Part shown: one piece after another, positions 26,301 through 48,627 of the stretch | Position numbering within the stretch: position 1 is the stretch's first letter | How the letters are laid out: each line of letters opens with the position of its first letter | DNA from: Macrostomum lignano | Lineage: Eukaryota | DNA length: 64,000 bases | Direction: 5' to 3' | NCBI GenBank assembly: GCA_002269645.1 | Contig: NIVC01001953.1 | Coordinates: 154,838 to 218,837, forward strand | Translations under genes and position numbers: made by a program | The notes under the pieces: model-generated | What the model was told of the DNA's origin: nothing | Database searches by the model: none | What the model saw: only the letters and a program-made list of their open reading frames with translations

Positions 26301-29167
26301 ATTCATTTCTTAGCTTGGGGCCCATCTGTATAAGGTCAGTTTCTTCAAAATGCTGATTAATTAATTAAGGCCTGTTGTCTTTACTTAAATTTATAAGGGC
26401 ATCTTAGAAGTTAATATTACTATATAATACATGTATAATATTATTACTGTATTATAATAATATAGTTGCAATTTTAATGACTATTGAATAAGTCTAAATG
26501 CTTCCCCTATTGACTCTAAATACATGGTATCTTTCCCTTCAGAAAAAATTAGCATAGAATGACTTGATGAAAACAAAAAAAAAATCATTTCGAGATACAC
26601 ATTTGCTGATCATTCAGGTCAAATTTCAAGGTCCAGTTTTGCACATGTTTCTCTGTAGCTTGGTTACAAGGATTCTAATAAAAATATAATAAATATGTCC
26701 AATGAACTAACTGATACATAGCCAAATTGAAGTATTTTCAAAAACAAAAAAAATCATTTGCTCAGTTTACTTTACTGGATATCTGTGTAAAATTTCAGCT
26801 CAAAAGGTGCTCCATGGAGAATGCTAGTGTGGTTACAGGATATTTATTTTGTGCTTCAAAGTAGGAGTTTATTGCGATGCATGGTTGCTTTTAATTATTT
26901 TTATCAACAATAGTGCTCTATTTCATAACAATTTTTTACAAAAAGATAATAAGACATGTTTTTCTAATTATCTGCATCAAAATGTATCATTTTAAGCGCA
27001 CATTCTAGACGTCAGCTGAAAAATACATTTTGTGAGATGAGAAGAGGCTATCCCACCGGAAATGCTAGGCGTACAGTTAAGCGTCTATAAAATAATTTAT
27101 AGTGCAGTTTATTAAGCTTTAAAAAAATCTTAAATTAAATTTATATAAGCTTTCATTTTAAATGTAATATAGCAAGGTTTCAACACAACAACAACTTTTT
27201 TTAGCTACAGACATCTTGTAGTATCAAAAATTAACATCGGTGAAATGATTGAATTTGAATTTTTTCATCGCTAATTATCGCTTAATACCGCCAGATGATT
27301 AAAAACACTTTTGCATGATAAAGTTCAACCCAAAAGTTATCTTTATTCACAGATAAAAGTGTCCTATTATTTTAAATATGGCAGTAACAATAGTAAATGT
27401 TCGGAAAATTGTTAAAATTTTTGCTCCTCCTAGAATTTGCGAACGACCCGAGAAACGCCGGTCGCTACACGGTTGATAAATTTGTATTATCAGCATTCTT
27501 TCAACCCTGAATGAGGAGCGCCCTACTTATATTGCTAATGACCATTTTATTACGATGTGTTTACTGAATACTGTTTCTTAAAGATTAAACGGTATTAGAA
27601 GCTAGATTAAATTATCGCTACGAAAAAACAAACTTTTAAAGACTACAATCAGCAATAATGCTACAAAACTTTTTTAACCAAATTATGAAACAAAATTTGT
27701 ATCTTAAGTTTATTTAAATATTACCATATCTTTTGAGAATGACAGCTCAAAAACATACTTCTTTTAAGTTGAGGAAATCATGAAAATTTTCGACATGAAT
27801 CAGCTTATCACTATCGAATGGTGACAATACATGTATATAGATAATTTCGGAAATCTGATTAAGGCTTCTTTCCTATAGGCTGTAATATAAAAGTTTACCT
27901 TTGCGAATTTGAAAGATGGGCGTAAGAAATTACAATAGTTTTTGCAATATATATTTCTGTGCACTATATCTATCTAAACTGCTGTGCTTAGTATAGTAAC
28001 TACAGTAATTAAAGTTTCGATGTTGTGCCTCACGTGGCCCTGCTATTTTATAATAATTGTCATAACCAATCAAAGAATTCATTAATTGAATACAGCAACC
28101 GTACTACTGCTATCTACGATTAGCTTATGTTCACAGAGTCAAATCGCTTTAGTCTAATCTCATGGGCTAAGACAAGAGCAGACATGTGCGATTTTTTAGT
28201 TAAATGGCTTATTAGTTAAATTTTCATTCCAACATCTAGCCTAGCCCTCAACAGTGAACACCTAAGAACCTCTGAGAAAATGCAAATACAGAGGGTTTAA
28301 ACTTACAGAGGGTGAGAGGGTGTCTTGATCACGAATAGTATAGCTGCACCTAAACTAAATTTTATGACTTGATTTATCTCTAGTGTAGTGTGATTATTTT
28401 AGTTCAAATATTTTTTCCTTTTTTGTTCTAAACACAAGATATCCTAGTTATTAATGTCCTAAGTAGTCTACTTAAAGGGAGTCTGATAAGAATGCCACTT
28501 TGTAAAAAAAATATATATTTATCTATACTAAATTATAATTTTTTCTAGTTCTTCTCTAGATGGCAATGCAAATACCAAATAGATAGCTAGTCTTTCCTCC
28601 TAATTTTATCTAATCTATATTAGCATATCTTTTAAGTAGGCCTAGCCTATAAAGAATTTTTTTGTTTTTTTTATATTTTGATTTTAATTTAATTTAAATA
28701 TATATTTTTATATTTTATAATCTAGATCTATATGACTATATCATTAAATATCATCTACCTTATACTTAGCAATAGTCAAAAGCTCCACTTGTACAAATCA
28801 TGTCTAGTTAGGGAGAAAACTGCTTATTTAAAATGCAATTAAAAATGTGTAAGAATATCATTGCTTGGTAGATGGAACTTTTCCTGTTTTGGGGTATATA
28901 GGCATTTATGTTAGTTCTCTATTAACCTTTAGTCTATTAAGCTTATGTCTTTGACTTTGTACATTAGTTTAAGCTATACTATACTTATAAGTTGTGTTAA
29001 TGAAAATCTTGAGTTATTTTATATATTGTAGATCATTGAAAAATCACTAATTTAGCTTATTATTTTTTAAATATAAAAATGAAAATATTTAAATTTATAA
29101 TACTTCTTTATTTATTGCTTGTTATAAATTTCTATTTTTATAATCAATATTGTTTAATGCATGAGAA

Positions 29168-32100
29168 ATGCTCTTTGCAGTAACAGGATTTCTAATAGTT
29201 GCTGTAACCAGTGTATTGAGTGACCAACTTGAAGTCCATTTAGTAAGTGGAATTTTATGCTATTTTTTAGTTTATATTTATTTCATTGCTAATATAGAAA
29301 GTGTACTTTAATAAACTGGCTCACTTTTACTTTAGACTGACCACAAGACAAATGTGACAGACACAAAATTCTGTTCTGCTGAGACTGCCAGCTTTGGCTC
29401 TTCCTATCTGTTTTGGTCTATGCAGGTAATGATTCTATTTTAAAGTTGCTTATTCAAACCAATCAATCTTACTCTAGATGCTAATTATGTTTTTTTTGGT
29501 TAAATATGATGTTTTAATTGTCCATACAAACAAAATCCAGGGCATTGTTGTGAACACGTCTCCCATGAATGCCTGCCACTCTGTGCAGCCGCCGCCTCAC
29601 CTGCGCAACGATTCGTTGGCCTGGATTGCCCTGGTAACCAGGGACTCCAGCCTCTCCACTGGTTGCCCATTCGATGTAAAAGTGCTCAATGCCCAAACAG
29701 CTGGCTATAATGCTGTGCTGGTGCAGAATTATAAGGACAACTTGATCATCATGCAGTCATCTAGATGTAAGGCTTATTCTGGGGGTATGAGATTTCAGAA
29801 TCTGGGATTGGGGATCTGAGAGTTGAGGATATGGGAATTAAGAATATAGGAGTTATGGGTCTGGAAGTTGGTTATCTGGGAGTTGGGGATCTGGGAGTTG
29901 GGGATCTGAGAGTTGGAGATCTGGGAGTTGGGGATCTGGGAGTTGGGGATCTGTGAGTTGGGAATCTGGGAGTTGGGGATCTGGGAGTTGGGGATCTGAG
30001 AGTTGGAGATCTGGGAGTTAGGGATCTGTGAGTTGGGAATCTGGGAGTTGGGGATCTGAGAGTTGGAGATCTGGGAGTTAGGGATCTGGGAGTTGAGGAT
30101 CTGGTAGTTGAGGATCTGGGAGTTGGGGATTTGGGAGTTGGGGATCTGGGAGTTGGGGATCTGGGAGTTGGGGATCTGAGAGTTGGAGATCTGGGAGTTA
30201 GGGATCTGGGAGTTGAGGATCTGGTAGTTGAGGATCTGTGAGTTGGGGATCTGGGAGTTGGTAAACGTTAAGCCCGATTCATTCATTCATAAGCCCGAAT
30301 CGTTACGCCCAATTTCAGCCGGCAGCCGGGTGCACATTCCAGCGGCCATGGTGACCCTCGCCTGCGGCACGGTGCTCGGTGAACGCTTCTCCTACTCCGT
30401 AGCCGCTGAGCGCTACAGCCTCAACTTTGAAGTGCCGTTCCCGTTCGACTTTCATGTCTACGTGATCTCATTTGCTGTCATTATTGGAGTCTGCCTCCTG
30501 CTGTCACTGTTGGTCTGGGTGAGTCAGGCGGAATCGAACCCCTGTTCATCCTGTCACAACAATTTGTAGAAGCCAACCTCATATTTTAGCAATTACTGTA
30601 CCGGTAAAAAACAAAATGCAGTTTTGCAACTTAATTTCATGTTGAATAAAAATCTTAAGTAGTCATAACATGCGAGCCTCATACGATCTCATATCTCATC
30701 TGATCTCAGATATGAATCATAAATATTGGTTATTTGGTCATAATTGAATGTTGCTCCTAATCTCAAAATTATATCCATTGCTTATTCAGGCATATCCATT
30801 GCTTATTCAGTCATATCCATTGCCCATTCAGTCATATCCATTGCTCATTCAGTCATATCCATTGCCCATTCAGTCATATCCATTGCTCATTCAGTCATAT
30901 CCATTGCCCATTCAGGCATATCCATTGCCCATTTAGTCATATCCATTGCCCATTCAGGCATATCCATTGCCCATTTAGTCATATCCATTGCTCATTCAGG
31001 CATATCCATTGCTCATTCAGTCATATCCATTGCCCATTCAGGCATATCCATTGCCCATTTAGTCATATCTATTGCTCATTCAGGCATATCCATTGCCCAT
31101 TTAGTCATATCCATTGCTCATTCAGGCATATCCATTGCCCATTTAGTCATATCTATTGCCCATTCAGTCCTATATATTGCTCATTCAGTCATTTCCGCTG
31201 CTCATTCGGTCATTTCCATTGCTTATTCAGTCATACAAATTGCCTGTTGCTCATTCGGTCATACCAATTGCCTGTTGCTCATTCGGTCGTACCAATTGTT
31301 TGTTGCTCATTCGGTCATACCAATTGCCTGTTGCTCATTCGGTCATACCAATTGCCTGTTGCTCATTCGGTCATTACACTCCTGTGCATCGCAGGGCATC
31401 AAATTCTATCGCGACTGGAGGCACAGCCGAAGGAACCGACTGCCCAGATCCAGCCTGAAGAAGCTGACGGTTAAAAAGTTTGAAAAAGGTGCTCTGTTGT
31501 GTAAAAACCGCAGGTGTATTTTCATCCTCATCGCTTATCCTAAATATGCTGCTCGATTCCCATGACAGGCAAAGACTTGTACGACTGCTGCGCCATCTGC
31601 CTCGAAGACTTCGTGCCCGGTGAGAAGCTGCGGATTCTGCCTTGCAATCACGGTGAGCGTTTCGAGGAGCCTCTCTGACTACCATGCTTTTTGGAGTTCA
31701 GTCGCAATCATTACTGGTCGTTCAGTCACTATGACAATTTTAAGTCACTATGACCATTTCGTCACCATGACCATTCAGTCACTATGACCATTCAGTCAGT
31801 ATGATCACTCAGTCACTATGATCACTAAGTCACTATGATCACTCAGTCACTATGATCACTCAGTCACTATGATCACTCAGTCACTATGATCACTAAGTCA
31901 CTATGATCACTCAGTCACTATGATCACTCAGTCACTATGATCACTAAGTCACTATGATCACCCAGTCACTATGATCACTCAGTCACTATGATCACTCAGT
32001 CACTATGATCACTAAGTCACTATGATCACTCAGTCACTATGATCACTCAGTCACTATGATCACTCAGTCGCTATGATCACTCAGTCACTATGATCACTCA

Positions 32101-33005
32101 GTCACTATGATCACTCAGTCACTATGATCACTCAGTCACTATGACCTTTCAGTCACTATGATCACTCAGTCACTATGATCACCCAGTCACTATGATCACT
32201 CAGTCACTATGACCACTCAGTCACTATGATCACTCAGTCACTATGATCACCCAGTCACTATGACCATTCAGTCAGTATGATCACTCAGTCACTATGATCA
32301 CTCAGTCACTATGATCACTCAGTCACTATGATCACCCAGTCACTATGGCCACTCAGTCACCATGGCCACTCAGTCACTATGATCACTCAGTCACTATGAC
32401 CACTCAGTCACTATGACCACTCAGTCACTATGACCACTCAAATATGAAAACAACCCCTACCCGCAGCCTACCACACCAAATGCGTGGACCCGTGGCTGCT
32501 GAAGAGCCGCAGCACCTGCCCAGTGTGCAAGCGCCGGGTTTTCCCCGGCTCAGCCGACTCCGAAGGCGAAGACGACGATCGCGAAGGCCCCGGCTTGGTG
32601 AACGACGGCGCCGGCCCGTCGTCGGCTTCATCTGGAGCGGCGCCCGATCTGCCGACGGATCTGGACGCCGAGTCTCAGCGGTCGGAGCAGCGCCCGCCGC
32701 CTTCCCCGTCGCAGTCGTCGTCCACCTCGCTGCTGACGGCCATGCAGGACGAGCGGACGCCGCTGTTGAATCCGCAGCAGCTGGAGGAGTCAGCGACTCT
32801 GCTGGACCCGGCTGATGCTGCGCCTGCTCCTCCTGATTCTGGCGACGGCCGCGTTGGCACCTTTGACAATGCCGCTCTCGACAGCGACAATCAGCTGGAC
32901 GCCGCCGACGAGACCGCCGCGTCTTCCTCGAGTGTCAGCGTTCGCGTCGTCGTGCACAGCGGCGGCCCGCCGCCAGCAGAGGAGCTTCGGCAGCCGGAGG
33001 TTTAA
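29168..33005 (+). CDS. RNF13: RNF13/RNF167-like PA-TM-RING-H2 E3 ubiquitin ligase, about 435 aa; exons 29168-29242, 29336-29425, 29541-29766, 30319-30518, 31395-31488, 31569-31652, 32467-33005
   Basis: Signal peptide MLFAVTGFLIVAVTSVLS; PA domain (NAC...CPFDVKVLNAQTAGYNAVLVQN); TM helix YVISFAVIIGVCLLLSLLVW; RRNRLPRSSLKKL; RING-H2 [43 protein letters not shown]; acidic tail. All GT-AG junctions are phase-consistent, total 1308 nt. Confidence 0.92.
29800..30260. repeat. 15-bp minisatellite GGGATCTGGGAGTTG filling RNF13 intron 3
   Basis: About 30 copies. Confidence 0.95.
30770..31375. repeat. 21-bp (ATATCCATTGCYCATTCAGTC) then 28-bp (ATACCAATTGCCTGTTGCTCATTCGGTC) minisatellite in RNF13 intron 4
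   Basis: Tandem copies; ends about 20 nt before the acceptor at 31394. Confidence 0.95.
31725..32440. repeat. 17-bp minisatellite CAGTCACTATGATCACT filling RNF13 intron 6
   Basis: About 42 copies. Confidence 0.95.
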
Positions 33006-33194
33006 CTAAAGAAATAAACAGATTTTCTGTGACCAATTTCTGTGTAAAGCTGAATGAAAACAAAGACAGAATTTGAATCGGATTTTAATGGAAGAAAGAA
33101 TGCAGTTTGATGAAGACTTGCATGGATGAATTTTCACTCATGTTGTAAACTAGTTAAATAGTTATGAAGTTGGCTAAAACTTGTGTGAAGACGG

Positions 33195-35875
33195 GATCGA
33201 AATCCCAGGGATTTGTGGGGATTAATCTGTTCAATATCGGTTGGAAATCCCAGGGATTTGTGGGGATTAATCTGTTCAATATCGGTTGGAAATCCCAGGG
33301 ATTTGTGGGGATTATTCTGTTCAATATCGGTTGGAAATCCCAGGGATTTGTGGGGATTAATCTGTTCAATATCGGGTTGGAAATCCCAGGGATTTGTGGG
33401 GATTATTCTGTTCAATATCGGTTGGAAATCCCAGGGATTTGTGGGGATTAATCTGTTTAATATCGGGTTGGAAATCCCAGGGATTTGTGGGGATTAATCT
33501 GTTCAATATCGGGATGGAAATCCCAGGGATTTGTGGGGATTAATCTGTTCAATATCGGGATGGAAATCTCAGGGATTTGTGGGGATTAATCTGTTCAATA
33601 TCGGGTTGGAAATCCCAGGGATTTGTGGGGATTATTCTGTTCAATATCGGTTGGAAATCCCAGGGATTTGTGGGGATTAATCTGTTCAATATCGGGTTGG
33701 AAATCCCAGGGATTTGTGGGGATTATTCTGTTCAATATCGGTTGGAAATCCAAGGGATTTGTGGGGATTAATCTGTTCAATATCGGGTTGGAAATCCCAG
33801 GGATTTTTGGGGATTAATCTGTTCAATATCGGGATGGAAATCCCAGGGATTTGTGGGGATTAATCTGTTCAATATCGGGATGGAAATCTCAGGGATTTGT
33901 GGGTATTATTCTGTTCAATATCGGGATGGAAATCCTAGGGATTTGTGGGGATTAATCTGTTCAATATCGGGTTGGAAATCCCAGGGATTTGTGGGGATTA
34001 ATCTGTTCAATATCGGGTTGGAAATCCCAGGGATTTGTGGGGATTATTCTGTTCAATATCGGTTGGAAATCCCAGGGATTTGTGGGGATTAATCTGTTCA
34101 ATATCGGGATGGAAATCCTAGGGATTTGTGGGGATTAATCTGTTCAATATCGGGATGGAAATCCTAGGGATTTGTGGGGATTAATCTGTTCAATATCGGG
34201 ATGGAAATCCTAGGGATTTGTGGGGATTAATCTCTTCAATATTGGGTTGGAAATCTCAGGGATTTGTGGGGATTAATCTGTTCAATATCGGGATGGAAAT
34301 CCTAGGGATTTGTGGGGATTAATCTTTTTAATATCGGGATGGAAATCTCAGGGATTTGTGGGGATTATTCTGTTCAATATCGGTTGGAAATCCAAGGGAT
34401 TTGTGGGGATTAATCTGTTCAATATCGGGTTGGAAATCCCAGGGATTTGTGGGGATTATTCTGTTCAATATCGGTTGGAAATCCAAGGGATTTGTGGGGA
34501 TTAATCTGTTCAATATCGGGTTGGAAATCCCAGGGATTTGTGGGGATTAATCTGTTCAATATCGGGATGGAAATCTCAGGGATTTGTGGGTATTATTCTG
34601 TTCAATATCGGGATGGAAATCCTAGGGATTTGTGGGGATTAATCTGTTCAATATCGGGTTGGAAATCCTAGGGATTTGTGGGGATTAATCTGTTCAATAT
34701 CGGGTTGGAAATCCCAGGGATTTGTGGGGATTATTCTGTTCAATATCGGTTGGAAATCCCAGGGATTTGTGGGGATTAATCTGTTCAATATCGGGATGGA
34801 AATCCCAGGGATTTGTGGGGATTAATCTGTTCAATATCGGGATGGAAATCCTAGGGATTTGTGGGGATTAATCTGTTCAATATCGGGATGGAAATCCTAG
34901 GGATTTGTGGGGATTAATCTCTTCAATATTGGGTTGGAAATCCCAGGGATTTGTGGGGATTAATCTGTTCAATATCGGGATGGAAATCCTAGGGATTTGT
35001 GGGGATTAATCTGTTTAATATCGGGATGGAAATCTCAGGGATTTGTGGGGATTAATCTGTTTAATATCGGGATGGAAATCCTAGGGATTTGTGGGGATTA
35101 ATCTGTTCAATATCGGGTTGGAAATCCCAGGGATTTGTGGGGATTAATCTGTTCAATATCGGGTTGGAAATCCCAGGGATTTGTGGGGATTAATCTGTTC
35201 AATATCGGGTTGGAAATCCCAGGGATTTGTGGGGATTATTCTGTTCAATATCGGTTGGAAATCCCAGGGATTTGTGGGGATTAATCTGTTCAATATCGGG
35301 TTGGAAATCCCAGGGATTTGTGGGGATTAATCTGTTCAATATCGGGATGGAAATCCTAGGGATTTGTGGGGATTAATCTGTTCAATATCGGGTTGGAAAT
35401 CCTAGGGATTTGTGGGGATTAATCTGTTCAATATTGGGATGGAAATCCTAGGGATTTGTGGGGATTAATCTGTTTAATATCGGGATGGAAATCCTAGGGA
35501 TTTGTGGGGATTATTCTGTTCAATATCGGTTGGAAATCCTAGGGATTTGTGGGGATTAATCTGTTCAATATCGGGATGGAAATCCTAGGGATTTGTGGAG
35601 ATTAATCTGTTCAATATCGAGATGGAAATCCTAGGGATTTGTGGGGATTTATCTGTTTAATATCGAGATGGAAATCCTAGGGATTTGTGGGGATTAATCT
35701 GTTTAATATCGGGATGGAAATCCTAGGGATTTGTGGGGATTAATCTGTTCAATATTGGGATGGAAATCCTAGGGATTTGTGGGGATTAATCTGTTCAATA
35801 TCGGGATGGAAATCCTAGGGATTTGTGGGGATTAATCTGTTCAATATCGGGTTGGAAATCCCAGGGATTTGTGGG
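33195..35875. repeat. 45/46-bp minisatellite GGAAATCCCAGGGATTTGTGGGGATTAATCTGTTCAATATCGG(G)TT downstream of RNF13
   Basis: About 58 head-to-tail copies, no spacers; internal palindrome AAATCCC-A-GGGATTT. Confidence 0.97.
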
Positions 35876-36404
35876 AATAAAGTCCCAACTAATGAGGATC
35901 GATAGCGTGAAAGAATATTATGTAGTGTTAAGATTTAAAATTCAGAGTAATTGAGTTTGTGCAACTCCATTTCTGACTGTAGTAATAAACAATTCTATCA
36001 AGATTTCCACCTTCCAACTGTGAATCTGTCAAAGTTTCTACAAAATAGTTGAGACAGCTCGGAACTTTCAAAAACTTCCTCATTGAAGCCACTACAAATG
36101 TAATTATTTTTTCATTGGCATTCCGCCACTTACTTATTTGGCATTGAATGGCGCATGCGGAGCGCTGGTGGCTGTGCCTGTGTCAGAGTTTGCTGTTGAC
36201 CCAGATCTATTTATTTATTATTATTAATATTTTTATTGGGTGATGCCTGCTATGAATTAGATTTTTTATCAATTCATCTTTGCCGTTTTCAGCACTATTT
36301 TGATTTGTATATATGTGGAATAGACTGAACAGTCTACTTATAGTAGCCTTCGCTGCGTTTCTATTGCTCATTTTGTTTCTTACTCATGGCGCGAAACTCT
36401 AACA

Positions 36405-36770
36405 CACCCTCTCCCTCTCCCTCCCTTCTCCCTCTCCTCTCCTCCCTTCTCCCTCCCTTCTCCCTCTCCTCTCCATTCTCCCTCTCCCTTCTCCCTCTCC
36501 TCTCCCTTCTTCTCCCTCTCCTCTCCCTCCCTTCTTCCTCTCCCTCTCCCTACCTCTCCCTCTCCTTCCTCTCCCTCTCCCTACCTCTCCCTCTTCTCCC
36601 TTCTCCCTCTCTCCTTGTCCCCCTTCTTTACCCCTCTCTCTTCCTATTCACTCTCTTGCCTCTCCCTTACTCTCGGCTCCCTCTCCCTCTCCTCCCCTCT
36701 CCCTCTCCCTCTTCCCATCTCTCCCCTGTTTCTCAGTCTCCACCTCCCTCTCAGTCTCCCGCCGCTCTCA
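36405..36770. repeat. CT-rich low-complexity tract
   Basis: Almost purely pyrimidine on the + strand. Confidence 0.85.
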
Positions 36771-37332
36771 GCTCATCAGTGTCGCAGTCGCACTAGACGC
36801 AGGTGCTTGCCCCGTATTGTCCGTGTACATTGTTTTCCATCAGAATTGATGAATTTTAAACATGTTTTATTTTTGTATTTGAGTACGATAAAAATATACA
36901 CTACTTACTATCTTCATATTTGCGATTCAGTTTGTACTCTCCGACCTTAACGGAAATGTTTTGCTTCGTTCGTTTTATTGACCTAATTAATTAACTCAAT
37001 GAGGCACAGCTTCTCGGCTTGAGTTGGTACCGCTAATGTAGCCAATGTGCGGGTGATACTTTTCATTGCTAATTGCAATTTTTCGACTGATTTACGAGTA
37101 TTAGGCTTCTGTCTTGCCGAGGATCGCAGCACAGCTTGCAGCTGGAATGTTAGCTCTAGCGGGTTTTTATAGAGAATTCAGTGTAAAGCCTGAATAATAA
37201 GTAGTACGAACGCGTATCTTTACTGCTTTTTAATTAGGAAGAAAGCAAGAAATTCCTAAACGACTCATTTTGTTATTTGTTTAGTTTAGCTGAAAAATGT
37301 GACACTCGGGATTTTGGAGGAGTGTTGAGAAG

Positions 37333-38835
37333 TGTCCACAGAGTACTGGTGCAGTGGATGAGGTGTCCACAGAGTACTGGTGCAGTGGATGAGGTGTCCA
37401 CAGAGTACTGGTGCAGTGGATGAGGTGTCCACAGAGTACCGGTGCAGTGGATGAGGTGTCCACAGAGTACTGGTGCAGTGGATGAGGTGTCCACAGAGTA
37501 CTGGTGCAGTGGATGAGGTGTCCACAGAGTACTGGTGCAGTGGATGAGGTGTCCACAGAGTACTGGTGCAGTGGATGAGGTGTCCACAGAGTACTGGTGC
37601 AGTGGATGAGGTGTCCACAGAGTACTGGTGCAGTGGATGAGGTGTCCACAGAGTACCGGTGCAGTGGATGAGGTGTCCACAGAGTACCGGTGCAGTGGAT
37701 GAGATTCCAAAGAGTACCGGTGCAGTGGATGAGATTCCAAAGAGTACCGGTGCAGTGGATGAGATTCCAAAGAGTACCGGTGCAGTGGATGAGGTGTCCA
37801 CAGAGTACTGGTGCAGTAGATGAGGTGTCCACAGAGTACCGGTGCAGTAGATGAGATTCCAAAGAGTACCGGTGCAGTAGATGAGATTCCAAAGAGTACC
37901 GGTGCATTGGATGAGATTCCAAAGAGTACCGGTGCAGTAGATGAGATTCCAAAGAGTACCGGTGCAGTGGATGAGATTCCAAAGAGTACCGGTGCAGTGG
38001 ATGAGATTCCAAAGAGTACCGGTGCAGTGGATGAGATTCCAAAGAGTACCGGTGCAGTGGATGAGATTCCAAAGAGTACCGGTGCAGTGGATGAGATTCC
38101 AAAGAGTACCGGTGCAGTGGATGAGATTCCAAAGAGTACCGGTGCAGTGGATGAGGCGTTTACAGAGTACTGGTGCAGTAGATGAGGTGTCCCCAGAGTA
38201 CCGGTGCAGTAGATGAGGTGTCCCCAGAGTACTGGTGCAGTGGATGAGGTGTCCCCAGAGTACTGGTGCAGTAGATGAGGTGTCCCCAGAGTACTGGTGC
38301 AGTAGATGAGGTGTCCCCAGAGTACCGGTGCAGTGGATGAGGTGTCCCCAGAGTACTGGTGCAGTAGATGAGGTGTCCCCAGAGTACCGGTGCAGTAGAT
38401 GAGGTGTCCCCAGAGTACTGGTGCAGTAGATGAGGTGTCCACAGAGTACCGGTGCAGTAGATGAGGTGTCCCCAGGAGTACTGGTGCAGTAGATGAGGTG
38501 TCCCCAGAGTACCGGTGCAGTAGATGAGGTGTCCCCAGAGTACTGGTGCAGTAGATGAGGTGTCCACAGAGTACCGGTGCAGTAGATGAGGTGTCCCCAG
38601 GAGTACTGGTGCAGTAGATGAGGTGTCCACAGAGTACCGGTGCAGTGGATGAGGTGTCCCCAGAGTACTGGTGCAGTGGATGAGGTGTCCACAGAGTACC
38701 GGTGCAGTAGATGAGGTGTCCCCAGAGTACTGGTGCAGTAGATGAGGTGTCCCCAGGAGTACTGGTGCAGTAGATGAGGTGTCCACAGATGAGGTGTCCC
38801 CAGAATACTGGTGCAGTAGATGAGGTGTCCACAGA
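37333..38835. repeat. Tripartite 31/30/31-bp minisatellite (core AGAGTACYGGTGCAGTRGATGAG)
   Basis: Block A ...GTGTCCAC (37333-37700), block B ...ATTCCAA (37700-38150), block C ...GTGTCCCC (38160-38835). Confidence 0.95.
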
Positions 38836-39394
38836 GTATCGGTTTGCAGAATCACCTTCTAGAGGGGGGTTTCAAGTTATTTGCTCACTCAAGAACTAGC
38901 AAGCCTCGGTCTCTGAGAAGTGTCTGGGTTGACGCGGGGTTCTCCGCCACCGAGCAGTGTCAGCCCAGTTTTCGGAGCAACTAACTGTACAGAGAGAGAT
39001 TTATCGCAATTTTCTCAGTGAGCCCCAGTTTATATTGACCTGTCGGCGAAGCGGAGTTCGTTTTATTTATTACGCTCGCATCATGGTCTTATTCTGAGTC
39101 GCGGTCCCGAGTATGCACTTTTAATAAGTCCAATAATACGTAACTTGCAGTAGTTTGTCAGGCAAAAATATTCTTACAGGGCCTGTCAATGTTTGGTTCG
39201 GACAGAATAAGATTTTTCCCGATTTCGCTTGGCCGCGCAGGTGATTAATTTCCATGGTAGAAGAAACAGTACGTTTTTACTGGCATTGTGTTACCTTACT
39301 TACCTTACCTTACCTTAAAATGCAGTTTGATTACACTGCAACTGCTGCCCATTATTGTCACTCTTCTAAAGTTAACTGCATATCATCCTTATCC

Positions 39395-39670
39395 CTTCAT
39401 CTCACTCATGAACATCTCATCCCTTCATCTCACTCATGAACATCTCATCCCTTCATCTCACTTATGAATATCTCATCCCTTCATCTCACTCATGAACATC
39501 TCATCCCTTCATCTCACTCATGAACATCTCATCTCTTCATCTCACTCATGAATATCTCATCCCTTCATCTCACTCATGAACATCTCATCCCTTCATCTCA
39601 CTCATGAACATCTCATCCCTTCATCTCACTCATGAACATCTCATCCCTTCAGCTCACGTCTCATCCCTTC
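39395..39670. repeat. 28-bp minisatellite CATCTCATCCCTTCATCTCACTCATGAA
   Basis: About 9 copies. Confidence 0.92.
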
Positions 39671-40271
39671 ATCCCTTCGTATACGGTATTGTCACCCCCA
39701 CGCCTTGAATGTGAATCTCATACCTTCTTGTAAATCTCAGTCGAAATTTCGATTGCTTAAATTAAATTTTTGGAGTATAATTCGATAAATTCGATGAACT
39801 AGAATCAGCAGAAATATTTATCCTTGTATTGACTCAGAAAGAGGCTCTGTCACCAGTGTAGAAGTCTAACAGGCTAGATAGACAAACATCGCCCTCTCAC
39901 AGACATTTTATCTCTTTATTTACTCAGTGAGAAGCGATGCAAACTGGCTGATACGAGCAGGCTGGTTGGACAGTTGAGGCATACAGTTGGTTGTCCACCT
40001 GCTGCATGAATGCCTGGAAAAATGACAAACCAGCTGGTAAAGTGCAGGCCGCATTTAGCTAAGTGAAACTCCAGTAATGCTGTTTGCTGCTGTGCAGGCA
40101 AGAAATGAGAAGATCCCGGCGGGACCACGCCATTGGTTCGAATTTCAGCATCCACTGCCCTAGTAACAGTTCCGTGTTTTTATCCCGAGACCGGACTCAC
40201 CCTGAGCCTCGCCCTTCCTCTCTTGAGTAGCAATCTAATAAGCTACGGAGTTCTCTGATTCCTCTCCGAGC

Positions 40272-48627
<8,356 letters not shown>

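Noticed and set aside
30526-30545. Pol III B-box-like GGTTCGATTCC (minus strand) just inside RNF13 intron 4
   Set aside because: Isolated 11-mer with no A-box or cloverleaf; not enough for a tRNA or SINE call.
30744-31565. 273-aa ORF reading through the 21-bp array into RNF13 exon 5
   Set aside because: It starts at a non-ATG codon inside intron 4, and retention of that intron hits a stop at about 30567, before the array.
33195-35875. CRISPR-like array (regular ~46-bp period with internal palindrome)
   Set aside because: Units are head-to-tail with no unique spacers, there are no cas genes and the context is eukaryotic.
37273-38855. Long ORFs of 231-519 aa in the ORF track
   Set aside because: They arise from stop-free 30/31-bp minisatellites open in several frames, with no splice or domain support. 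The same applies to ORFs at 4499-5846, 3428-4142, 29795-30286, 33134-34671, 46811-47146, 47617-48211 and 51586-53080.
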